The notes below the pieces were generated by a model. It ran no database searches, was not told where the DNA came from, and worked only from the letters and a program-made list of their open reading frames with translations. From Candidatus Eiseniibacteriota bacterium (lineage in GTDB: Bacteria; Eisenbacteria; RBG-16-71-46), in NCBI GenBank assembly GCA_963707915.1, contig OY970178.1, positions 2,080,001-2,144,000 of the forward strand: a stretch of 64,000 nt of DNA, read 5' to 3'. Numbering within the stretch: the stretch's first letter is position 1; the number at the start of each line of letters is the position of its first letter. Shown here piece by piece: positions 10,551 to 19,046 of this stretch. The position numbers and the translations under genes were made by a program.

Positions 10551-12691
10551 TGGAGCACCACCACTCGGTCGGTGCGCGTCACGCGCCCCTGACCCAGGCG
10601 GATGAAGTACATCCCACTACGGAGGTGCCCGGGCAGCCTCAGTCGCACCTCATGGTCTCCGGCCCCCAGATCACCGAACTCCCGTGACAGCACCCTTCGA
10701 CCCGCGACGTCGAACAACTCGAACCGCGCCGGCTCGTTGGTCTCCAAGGTCAACGCCACGCGCACCACACGGCCGCGTTCCTCGCTGCGTGCGAACCGCA
10801 GCGCTAGCGGCTTGGGCAACGGGATCTTCACGTCCACCGTGGCGAACTGGATCTCCTGCTGTTCGTCACCGACCTTGACACTCAGCCCGTACTGGGCTGC
10901 GCTTCCAACCGGCACCGTGCGGTCCTCGGCGACTAGCAGCCCGTCGGCCGCGGCTTGAAGCGCGCTCAGCGACTGCCACGCTCCATCCCCCAGGCGCCGC
11001 TGGAACAAGAACACGCGCTTGTCCGCCGTGCTGGTGCGCCAGGTGAGCTTCGCCCGCCCCGGGCCCACCTCCACGGCCTCGAGCTTGGGGACCGGCCCGG
11101 TGCGCGGCGCCTGCAGGGCCAGGAACCCCGCCAGCGCCTCGACCCGGCCGTCCACCCAGGTGGCCAGCGCGCCCCCGGCGCCGTCAGGGGCCAGCCTCAC
11201 CGCGTACTGATCGCCACCCGCCACGCAGAGCGCCACGCCGTCGTCGGCCCACTGCGGCACCCCGGCACCGGTGATCCGCCGGGCATAGATATCGCTGTTG
11301 CCGTTGCGGCGGTCCTCCCAGGCGACGATCGCCCCGCCCACGCTATCGCTGACAAGGGCGGGCATCGCCGGGGCACCGCTCGGCCCGCAGAGCTGCACGC
11401 CGCTCGTGGGCCACTCCACGTGCCCTGCGCCGCTCAACCGCTGGGCACGGATCCCGGTCGAGTCGGCCCAGGCCACGATCGCCCCGTGCGCACCGTCACC
11501 CACCGCTACGGTCTGCCGCATCCGGCCCCGAGTGGTCGAAAGCCTGACTCCGGCAGAGGGCCAGCCGGTTGCCGGCCGGCCGTTGGCACTCAAGCGCAGG
11601 GCTGAGATCCCGGGGAGCGTATCGCGCCGGCTCCCCCAGACCAGAATCGCCCCACCCTCCCCATCGCTCGTCAATGTCGGATTCGTTGGGTCCTCGCCGC
11701 TCGTGACCAGCGTGTCGCCGCCTGCCGCCGCTCCCGCAGCGAGTTCGCCCTGCGGGGTGAGGTGCTGCACATACAGGTCCGCGACCCCACGGCGGCGGTC
11801 CCGCCAAACAATCAGCGCCCCGCCTTCGCCATCGGACACCACGGCGGGGGAACTCTGGTCGGCTGGGTGGTCGCACACCGGCACCCCATCCACACCCCAC
11901 GCGGGCTCACCGGCGCTGGTCAGGCGTTGAGCGAAGATGTCCCCGGACGCGCCGGAGCGGAAGTCCGTCCACGCCACGATCACGCCACCGGCACCGTCAC
12001 TGGCGAGTGCCACCCCGTACTGCGAACCGCGGGCGACGCAGACCGGGACACCATCGGTGGACCAACCCGGCCAGAGCGAGTCTGCGGCGGCGAAGTGCTG
12101 GGCGTAGAGGTCGCCCTCCTCCATCCGGTTGTCCACCCAGACCACGATGCCACCGCCCAGCCCGTCACGAATCATGCTCGCCGCCACGCCCTGCGCGCTG
12201 CCGAGGCAGAGCCGCGACTGCAGCAGGCTGGTGTCCGGCGCGATCGTGCCATCTGCGCCCACGTGCTGGGCCTGGATCGCCAGGGAAAGCCCGCTGCGGA
12301 AGTCGGTGCAGGTGGTGCACACGCCGGGCAGGGAATCCGGCCCTGACTCCCCGCCCGCGACAATGCCCCCGCCAGGCTGCGGGGCCCCGGGCCGTACCGT
12401 GCTCGCCACTGGCGGCGTCGCCTCGCCGGGGAAGACCTGGTCGGCACCGCCCACCTCGTGCCAGCGGCCTGACCCCGGAGTTGCTCTAGGAGGCACCTGA
12501 GTGCCGCGCGCTCCGGGCTGGGGTTGATCTACCCACGGCCCACGATCGCCCGGCGCGCCGGGCGCTGGCCGCGTGGGCTGCGGGGCTTCGTTTGGCGGAG
12601 TTGGAGCCTGCGGGGCCTTGCTGCGAAGAGTCGGGGTCCAAGCAATGCAGGCAAGGGACAGGAGCAGCATCAAACCGCGGCCAGGCCCCAT
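10547..12691 (-). CDS. Secreted 7-repeat beta-propeller protein with T9SS type A/FlgD-like C-terminal domain
   Basis: ATG at 12691 with GGAGAG RBS; signal peptide; Pro-rich linker; seven DGxGGaivaWxDxR repeats; C-terminus FDVAGRRV...LRSGMYFIRL...VVVLQ; TGA overlaps the teneurin-like GTG. Confidence 0.8.
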   Translation of the reverse strand: MGPGRGLMLLLSLACIAWTPTLRSKAPQAPTPPNEAPQPTRPAPGAPGDRGPWVDQPQPGARGTQVPPRATPGSGRWHEVGGADQVFPGEATPPVASTVRPGAPQPGGGIVAGGESGPDSLPGVCTTCTDFRSGLSLAIQAQHVGADGTIAPDTSLLQSRLCLGSAQGVAASMIRDGLGGGIVVWVDNRMEEGDLYAQHFAAADSLWPGWSTDGVPVCVARGSQYGVALASDGAGGVIVAWTDFRSGASGDIFAQRLTSAGEPAWGVDGVPVCDHPADQSSPAVVSDGEGGALIVWRDRRRGVADLYVQHLTPQGELAAGAAAGGDTLVTSGEDPTNPTLTSDGEGGAILVWGSRRDTLPGISALRLSANGRPATGWPSAGVRLSTTRGRMRQTVAVGDGAHGAIVAWADSTGIRAQRLSGAGHVEWPTSGVQLCGPSGAPAMPALVSDSVGGAIVAWEDRRNGNSDIYARRITGAGVPQWADDGVALCVAGGDQYAVRLAPDGAGGALATWVDGRVEALAGFLALQAPRTGPVPKLEAVEVGPGRAKLTWRTSTADKRVFLFQRRLGDGAWQSLSALQAAADGLLVAEDRTVPVGSAAQYGLSVKVGDEQQEIQFATVDVKIPLPKPLALRFARSEERGRVVRVALTLETNEPARFELFDVAGRRVLSREFGDLGAGDHEVRLRLPGHLRSGMYFIRLGQGRVTRTDRVVVLQ

Positions 12692-12778
12692 GGTGGACTC
12701 TCCAGTCTGTGCGAGGCTGAATGAGAGAAGCGCGCTCCTCTCTGCCAGAGGAGACACATGCGACGCTTTGTAGGGTGC

Positions 12779-13200
12779 GTGCGTGATACCGTTTCGCTGA
12801 CTGCCTGAAACACGCGGTCGCGCGCCGCGCCCATTGTGCCGGTACTCAATCACCCGGCGAAACCGCGAGTCAACGGAGTTCACAGGTTCGATCCCGGCGG
12901 ACGGGCGGGTTTCGCCGACGGGGAGAATCGGCGACAATGGGGCCGCATGATGTCGCCCTGGCCCGCGCGGTGGAGCCGTCGCGCTTCACCGGACCGCTTC
13001 GCGCAACCACCGGAGAGCCGCATGAGCCTCAGCCGCTGGTCCGTAGCCGCACTCGCGATCGCGCTCGTCTGCCCCTTCCCCGCCATGGCCGCTGACGCCG
13101 GCGCGCTCGACTCCCTGGTCGCCGCCGAGCGCGCCTTCGCCCGGGCGTCGATCGAGAAGGGGGTGCGCGACGCGTTCCTCGAGTTCCTCGCCGAGGACGG
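12779..13200 (+). repeat. Right copy of ~422-bp direct repeat
   Basis: Matches 1261-1683; continues into the intact gene. Confidence 0.95.
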
Positions 13201-13906
13201 CGTCATCTTCCGTCCGCTGGCGGTCAACGGCCGGCAGGCCTGGGAATCGCGCGGCCCGGTCGCCGCTGCGCTGGTGTGGGAACCGGCCTTCGCGGAGGTC
13301 TCCGCGGCGGGGGACCTCGGCTACACGACAGGACCATGGGAGTGGCGGCCGAACGATTCGCAGCGCCCCACCGGATACGGGCACTTCGTTTCGGTCTGGC
13401 AGCAGCAGGCGGACGGGGCCTGGCGCGTGGCGGTGGACATCGGCATCGCCCACGGACCGCCGGCCCGCGGCCCGGGGAACGTGGAGCTCACGCCGGGCCC
13501 GCTCCACCGGGCGGTGCGGCGCACCGGGCCGCCGACCGACCTCGCGGCGCTCGACCTGGCCTGGACCCGCGACGCGCGCGCCCGGGGCTCGGCGGCGGCC
13601 TTCGCGCGCCGGGCCGCGCCGGACGTGCGCTATTGCCGCGACCTCCTCCCGCCGATCCTGGGACTGCCCGGCGGGCGCGAGACGCTGCGGGCCATCCCGG
13701 GCGTGACGCTCTGGTACCCGCAGGCGCAGCGGCTCGCGCGCTCCGACGACCTGGGCTGCACCTACGGGATCCTCGAGCGCCGCCGGATGGGCGGTGTCGC
13801 GCCCGACTCGAGCGTCTACCTGCACGTCTGGCGCCGCGACGGCGCCGGCCGGTGGAAGGTCGCCCTCGCGCTCGAGAGCCCGCTGCCCCAGGCGCGCGGC
13901 AAGTAG
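13022..13906 (+). CDS. Secreted tandem NTF2-like/DUF4440 family protein
   Basis: Signal peptide; AAERAFA...WEP...GDLGYTTGPW...SVW...W...D domain followed by a second degenerate copy. Confidence 0.75.
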   Translation: MSLSRWSVAALAIALVCPFPAMAADAGALDSLVAAERAFARASIEKGVRDAFLEFLAEDGVIFRPLAVNGRQAWESRGPVAAALVWEPAFAEVSAAGDLGYTTGPWEWRPNDSQRPTGYGHFVSVWQQQADGAWRVAVDIGIAHGPPARGPGNVELTPGPLHRAVRRTGPPTDLAALDLAWTRDARARGSAAAFARRAAPDVRYCRDLLPPILGLPGGRETLRAIPGVTLWYPQAQRLARSDDLGCTYGILERRRMGGVAPDSSVYLHVWRRDGAGRWKVALALESPLPQARGK

Positions 13907-13937
13907 CGGCGCGCCGGGGGGGGCGTGGCGCCGCGCC

Positions 13938-13973
13938 AGGAGCCTGTCCGAGCGGCTACCCGGACAGGCTCCT
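13938..13973. terminator. Inverted repeat between convergent genes (terminator or REP-like)
   Basis: AGGAGCCTGTCCG-N10-CGGACAGGCTCCT. Confidence 0.55.
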
Positions 13974-14541
13974 AGCCCGCGGCCTTCCGCTTCACGTCCC
14001 GGAACAGCGCGCTCATGTGCTTCCAGGCGAAGCGGGCTTCGCGGCGGCCGAGCCGCGCGAGCGGGATCCACTCCGCGCTGGCCGCGTCGTCGGCGGCGCG
14101 GGGCACGCCCGTGCGCCAGCGGCCGAGGAAGTAGGAGTTCAGGGTCGGGATCCAGCCGAAGCCCCTCAGGAAGTAGCGGTCCCAGTAGGTGCCGAGCAGC
14201 TCGACGCGCCCCAGCGTGAGCCCGGTCTCCTCACGCAACTCGCGCCGCGCGGCGCCTTCGACGCTCTCGCCGGCCTCCATGAATCCGCCCGGCACGTCGA
14301 GGCGCCCCCGGCGCGGCAGGTGCGCGCGGCGCAGGACCAGCACGGCGTCGCCCTTGAGCACGACCAGGCCCGCGCACGAGCGCGGGTAGTCGTAGATCAG
14401 GAACCCGCAGCGCGCGCAGGCGATCCGGCGCGGGCGCTCGCCCGAGGTGCGGCGCAGGGGGCGTCCGCAGCGCGCGCAGGGAAAGGTCGGCCCGGATCCC
14501 CGCGGGACGGCCCGGCCGCGCTTCGCGGTCGCGGCACTCAC
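13972..14541 (-). CDS. NUDIX hydrolase with N-terminal zinc ribbon
   Basis: CARC...CARC; Nudix box GGFMEAGESVEGAARRELREETGL; GTG overlaps the upstream stop. Confidence 0.85.
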   Translation of the reverse strand: MSAATAKRGRAVPRGSGPTFPCARCGRPLRRTSGERPRRIACARCGFLIYDYPRSCAGLVVLKGDAVLVLRRAHLPRRGRLDVPGGFMEAGESVEGAARRELREETGLTLGRVELLGTYWDRYFLRGFGWIPTLNSYFLGRWRTGVPRAADDAASAEWIPLARLGRREARFAWKHMSALFRDVKRKAAG

Positions 14542-15374
14542 GGCGCGCTCACCGTGATGACCGCCGGCAGCTCCACCGGCGGCGGCGGCGCGTCCCGCGC
14601 GGCGCGGCCGTGCTCCCACTGGCCGAAGCTCGCGTAGCGGAAGCGCGGAGCGCTCACCACCATCTCGGCCTCCAGCCCGCCGTCCATGGCCATGGCATGG
14701 GACAACTCGAGCGGCAGGCCCTTCAGCAGCAGGGCGAAGTCCCAGAGCGTGTAGCCGCCCTCGCTGGTCAGGACGACGATCCGGCCACTGCGGTCTTCGG
14801 CCACCGCCGTGCGGGCCGCGACCTGGTCGCTGTGTCGCACGCGCACCTCGCCGCCGCGGTCGAAGAGCATGAACGACTGCGCGACCTCGGTCCAGGCCAG
14901 CGAGTCGGGGTCGAGCGGGTCGCGCGTCAGGTCCAGCACGCGGATGGCAGGCCCGCCGGTGCGGGGGCCCGCCACCAGCGCGGCCTTGTAGGTGGGGTGC
15001 GTTCGTCGCGAGATGACGCGGCCGCCGCTCGCCAGCAGGCCCATGTACGAGTAGTCGCCGTAGTACTGGCCGGCGTTGAACACCGCCAGCGCGGCGCTGC
15101 GGCGCTGCCACTCCAGGATGTCCAGCGGCCGCCGCTCGGGCTCGCGGGTGAAGTGCCGCACGCGGAGGCGGACGCGCGCCGGGTCCAGGCGCAGCACGGC
15201 CACGCCGGAAGAGCCGTACCGGCAGTAGGGCTCGCCGCGCACGGTCGCGAACTCGACGCCGGGCCGCAGCGCGTGCCAGTGCGGACCGGCGGCGCGCTGC
15301 GTGACCAGGAACGCCCCCACCACCACCGCGGCGAGCGCGCTCATCCGCGCGACGGGAAAGCGCGAGCGCATCAT
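14538..15374 (-). CDS. Phosphodiester glycosidase (NAGPA/DUF2233)-like secreted protein
   Basis: Signal peptide; FNAGQY, ARTAVA, AMAMDGG motifs. Confidence 0.7.
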   Translation of the reverse strand: MMRSRFPVARMSALAAVVVGAFLVTQRAAGPHWHALRPGVEFATVRGEPYCRYGSSGVAVLRLDPARVRLRVRHFTREPERRPLDILEWQRRSAALAVFNAGQYYGDYSYMGLLASGGRVISRRTHPTYKAALVAGPRTGGPAIRVLDLTRDPLDPDSLAWTEVAQSFMLFDRGGEVRVRHSDQVAARTAVAEDRSGRIVVLTSEGGYTLWDFALLLKGLPLELSHAMAMDGGLEAEMVVSAPRFRYASFGQWEHGRAARDAPPPPVELPAVITVSAP

Positions 15375-15505
15375 GGGGACAGTGTGACGGCCGCCCGCGG
15401 GCCCGTCAACGGAGCGGGGCGTCGGCGCCCGGGCGGGTTCCGGCGGCGGCGGTCATGGAGCGAACGACCGCGGGATGACCCGCGCCGCCGGCGCCCGCCC
15501 CGCGC

Positions 15506-16594
15506 TCACCCCCCCGAGGCGTACTTGCGCAGCGCCGCGCGCACCTGGAGCAGGTCGCCGACGTTGTCCAGCGTCACGAGCCCGACCAGGCGCCCCTGTT
15601 CGAGCACGGACACCACCGGGCACTCGCGGCCGCGCATCCGCGCCACCACGGCCTCGAGCGGCTCGTCGGCGTCGGCGCTGCACGGGTTGGGGCTCATGAC
15701 CTCCCCCACCGGCACATCCAGGCCGTGGCGCTGCAGCGCCGCGACCAGCCCGGACCGGGTCAGCACGCCGCACAGCATCGCGCCTTCCAGCACCGGGAAG
15801 TCCTGCTGGCTGCCGGTCATCAGGTACTCGACCGCGCGACGCAGCGGCTCGCGCACGTCCAGGTGCCGGAAGTCGGTGAGCATCGCGGCCCGCACCGGGA
15901 GCCCGGTGAGCGAGGTGCGGGTCTGCACCAGGGCGCGCTCCTCGCCCGCGGCGATGAAGACGAACAGCGCCACGAAGGGCAGCATCCACTGGTGGAAGTA
16001 GAAGAACCCGGCGACGCCGAGCAGCAGGGCCACGCCCTGGCCGACGGCCGAGGCGATCTTCGTCGCCCGCAGGTAGGGCAGGCGCAGCGCGAGCAGGGCC
16101 CGCAGCACGCGTCCGCCGTCCATCGGGAAGGCCGGGACGAGATTGAACAGCAGCATCAGCACGTTGACCACGAGCAGCGACTCGACCAGGCCGCTGCCGA
16201 AGTGCGCGAGGTCGGTCGACCACCCGGCGATCGTCATGAGGAGCACCAGCAGCGCCGCGATCACGACGTTCACCAGCGGGCCCGCGACCGCGACCAGCAT
16301 CTCCTGCAGGGGCTTCTCGGGCATCCGCTCGAGGCGCGCCACCCCGCCGATCGGCAGCAGCACGATGTCGCGCGTGGCGATGCCGAAGCGGCGCGCCGTC
16401 AGCGCGTGGCCCAGCTCGTGCAGGACCACGCAGCCGAACACCAGCAGCAGCAGCGCCACCGCCTCGCCTGCCCGCCGGACGTCCCCGGCCAGCAGGCCCT
16501 GGTTGACGGCGATCCAGCCGATGAACAGCAGGAAGGTGACGTGCAGTTCGACACGGATGCCGAACAGGCTGCCGATGTGGACGGACCAGCGCAT
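15506..16594 (-). CDS. M50 site-2 protease with C-terminal CBS pair
   Basis: HELGH, AGPLVN, NLVPAFPMDGGR; CBS domains; GGAGG RBS. Confidence 0.9.
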   Translation of the reverse strand: MRWSVHIGSLFGIRVELHVTFLLFIGWIAVNQGLLAGDVRRAGEAVALLLLVFGCVVLHELGHALTARRFGIATRDIVLLPIGGVARLERMPEKPLQEMLVAVAGPLVNVVIAALLVLLMTIAGWSTDLAHFGSGLVESLLVVNVLMLLFNLVPAFPMDGGRVLRALLALRLPYLRATKIASAVGQGVALLLGVAGFFYFHQWMLPFVALFVFIAAGEERALVQTRTSLTGLPVRAAMLTDFRHLDVREPLRRAVEYLMTGSQQDFPVLEGAMLCGVLTRSGLVAALQRHGLDVPVGEVMSPNPCSADADEPLEAVVARMRGRECPVVSVLEQGRLVGLVTLDNVGDLLQVRAALRKYASGG

Positions 16595-16671
16595 CGCTCT
16601 CCTCCGGGACGCCTCAGTCTCGCACAAGCCTCGCGCCCCCCGCCAACCGTGCCGCGCCGTGGCGGAGGCGA

Positions 16672-16793
16672 CGGCGGTGGGGCGAGCGTTCGTTCACCCG
16701 GCCGCCCGCCTTGCGATGCGAAAGCGGTCGAGGGGATGGCTGGTGGGCGAGCGTGTGTTCACTTAGCCGTCCACCAGCCATCCCCTCGACCGC
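16672..16793 (+). repeat. Two hairpin repeats, family A (GGGC-GAGCGT-N6-AC-N3-GCY core)
   Basis: Cores at 16684 and 16749; the second is enclosed by a 25-bp stem (16724-16793) with one G-T pair. Confidence 0.7.
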
Positions 16794-16850
16794 GGGCAGA
16801 AGGCTCTTCTGCGCTGGCGACAGGAGTTCGAAGGTGCCAAGCCTGACGAA

Positions 16851-17471
16851 TCAGGCCGCGCGTTCGTCCTCGGGGGACTCGTCGTCGCCCGGCTCCCCGC
16901 CGATGCGGAAGTCCTCGGTGGGGACGTCCTCGCCCGCGTCGAAGAACGACGTCAGGGCCGCGAGGTCGCGCTGTGCGTCGGTGTAGCCCGGGTTGATCCA
17001 CAGCGCGTGCCAGAGCAGCCGCAGGGCCATCTCGAGGCTGCCGACCTCGACGCACGCCGAGCCCGCCCGGTACCACAGCACCGGGTCGTGCGGCGAGCAC
17101 GACAGCCCGCGCAGGGCGTACGAGAGCGCCTCCCGCTCCTCGCCCTCCCGCAGGGCGATCTCCGCCGCCTCGGCGAAGGCGCGCGCGGCCTCGGCATTGG
17201 GTGCCGGATCGAGCCCGGGGATGAGCAGCTCGAGCTCGCCCATCACCAGCTTCAGGGTGTGGGTCACGTAGGGCTCGAGGCCCACGGACTTGTGCGTGAG
17301 CACGCGGTCCGCCAGGTGGGCCAGCGCACGTGTCACGTCGTTCAGCGTCGGTCGCGGGGAATCGGGCACGGCAGGTCTCCTGGGGACCGGAGTCGCGCCT
17401 GCCGCTCGTTGGTCGTCGCTGGACCCACCCTTCGATGGGCACCCAGCAGGGCGCAGGCGCGGAAGACTCAC
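16851..17471 (-). CDS. TPR-like hypothetical protein
   Basis: Helical TPR-like segments (LSCSPHDPVLWYRAG...ALWINPGYTDA); start uncertain. Confidence 0.6.
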   Translation of the reverse strand: MSLPRLRPAGCPSKGGSSDDQRAAGATPVPRRPAVPDSPRPTLNDVTRALAHLADRVLTHKSVGLEPYVTHTLKLVMGELELLIPGLDPAPNAEAARAFAEAAEIALREGEEREALSYALRGLSCSPHDPVLWYRAGSACVEVGSLEMALRLLWHALWINPGYTDAQRDLAALTSFFDAGEDVPTEDFRIGGEPGDDESPEDERAA

Positions 17472-17541
17472 GGTCCTGCACTCGTTATCGGCACAATCGC
17501 GGAGGACTTGATGAAGTGGGGAAAAAGGCCGTGAAACGGCC

Positions 17542-18429
17542 TCAAAGCCTCGCGAAACGGGGCTCCGCGACCCGCAGGAACTGTTCCAGCAGGTTCCCCG
17601 CGACCCGCCGCCGGTACTCGCGGTCCGAGCGGATGTCGTCGATCGGCGCGATGTCCTCGAGCAGCGCCGCGCGCGCCGCGGCCGCGACCGCGACGCCGGG
17701 GCGGGCGCCGAGCAGCGCGCGCTCGGCCCGGGCGGCCCGCAGCGTGACGGGTGCGACGCTGCCGAGCGCCACCCGCGCGAGGTCCACGCGGCCGTCGCGT
17801 CCGACCCGCAGCAGGCCGGCGAGGACGACCTTGGAGATGCTCTGCGCGCGGCGCGTCCCCACCTTGCGGAAGAACTGCCGCGCGCGCGCGGGAGCCGGCG
17901 GCAGGCTCACGGCGGTGATCAGCTCGTCGGGCTCGAGCGCGAGGTCGCGGTAGCCGCGGAAGAGGCCGGTGAAGGGGACCTCGCGCGGGCCCCGCAGGGA
18001 GCGCGCATGCACCACGGCCTCGAGCGCCAGGAGCACGGGCAGCGAGTCGCCCGCCGGCGAGGCGTTGGCGATGTTGCCGCCCAGCGTCCCGCGGTTCTGG
18101 ATCTGCCAGGCGCCGACCTCCGCGGCCGCGGCCGCGAGCGCGGGATAGCGCCGCCGTACCTGCGCGTGTTCGCGGACCTCGCTGAAGGTGGTCAGCGCGC
18201 CGAGGACCAGCCGGCCACCCTGCCCGCGCACGCCCCGCAGCTCGCGCAGGCCACCCAGGTCGAGGAAGCGCACCCCGGGCACCACGCCCGAATTGAGCGT
18301 GACGAAGAGATCCGTGCCCCCGGCCAGCGGCACCAGCCGCCCGGTGCCGAGCGAGGCGTGCAGCAGCTTCAGCGCGTGGGCGAGGTCGCGCGGGCGGGCG
18401 ACCTCGAGCGTGGAGAGCGGCGCCCTCAT
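17542..18429 (-). CDS. Xanthine dehydrogenase family FAD-binding subunit
   Basis: AGGTDL, QIQNRGTLGGNIANASPAGD, PIDDIRS. Confidence 0.9.
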   Translation of the reverse strand: MRAPLSTLEVARPRDLAHALKLLHASLGTGRLVPLAGGTDLFVTLNSGVVPGVRFLDLGGLRELRGVRGQGGRLVLGALTTFSEVREHAQVRRRYPALAAAAAEVGAWQIQNRGTLGGNIANASPAGDSLPVLLALEAVVHARSLRGPREVPFTGLFRGYRDLALEPDELITAVSLPPAPARARQFFRKVGTRRAQSISKVVLAGLLRVGRDGRVDLARVALGSVAPVTLRAARAERALLGARPGVAVAAAARAALLEDIAPIDDIRSDREYRRRVAGNLLEQFLRVAEPRFARL

Positions 18430-19046
18430 CGCCCGGCCCCCGGCCGGCGGCGGGCCACCCCGGCCGGCGCCCGCACCGCGGCCCCCCGCCGCGCCCGGGC
18501 CGGCGTGCGCGTCGCCTTCGCCCGCGCCGCCGGCTTCGGCGCGCGCGCGGACCGCTTGCGGACCGCGGCCTGCGACTCGCGCGCCGCCGCCCTCACGGCG
18601 TTCACGATCATCTGGTAGCCGGTGCAACGGCAGAGGTTCCCGGCGAGCGCCTCGCGCACCTCGCCGTCGCCGGGCACGCGGCCCTTGGCGCGGGCGAGCA
18701 GGGCGTGCGCGGTGACCAGGATGCCGGGCGTGCAGCTGCCGCACTGCGTGCCGCCGCGCTCGACGAACGCGCGCTGGAGCACGGAGAGAGCGGGGCCCTT
18801 CGCGAGGCCCTCGACCGTCACGATCCGCACGCCGGCGGCCTGGACCGCCGGCACCAGGCAGGAGTTCACCGGCATGCCGTCCATCAACACCGTGCAGGCG
18901 CCGCACTCCCCCTCGCCGCAGCCTTCCTTGGTGCCGGTCAGCCCGCAGTCCTCGCGCAGCACGTCGAGCAGCCGCTTCATCGGCGGCACGCGGACCCGGC
19001 GCTTCCTCCCGTTGACCGTGAAGTCCAGCGTCAGCACCGCGCTCAT
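18426..19046 (-). CDS. Xanthine dehydrogenase family (2Fe-2S) subunit
   Basis: GTKEGCGEGECGAC, QCGSCTPG, GNLCRCTGY; basic Ala/Arg tail. Confidence 0.92.
   Translation of the reverse strand: MSAVLTLDFTVNGRKRRVRVPPMKRLLDVLREDCGLTGTKEGCGEGECGACTVLMDGMPVNSCLVPAVQAAGVRIVTVEGLAKGPALSVLQRAFVERGGTQCGSCTPGILVTAHALLARAKGRVPGDGEVREALAGNLCRCTGYQMIVNAVRAAARESQAAVRKRSARAPKPAARAKATRTPARARRGAAVRAPAGVARRRPGAGR

Larger units (their letters stand above)
1684..12778. mobile_element. Genomic island carrying a teneurin-like toxin operon; no integrase visible
   Basis: Bounded by long direct repeats; visibly less GC-rich than the flanks; contains toxin, immunity gene and an IS. Confidence 0.75.

Noticed and set aside
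12692..12937. N-terminal 82 aa of the 796-aa ORF
   Set aside because: Runs through the duplicated non-coding segment; ATG 12691 has an RBS and is followed by a signal peptide.
1261..13200. Diversity-generating retroelement template/variable repeat pair
   Set aside because: No reverse transcriptase in the window, differences are not adenine-specific, and they fall in non-coding DNA.
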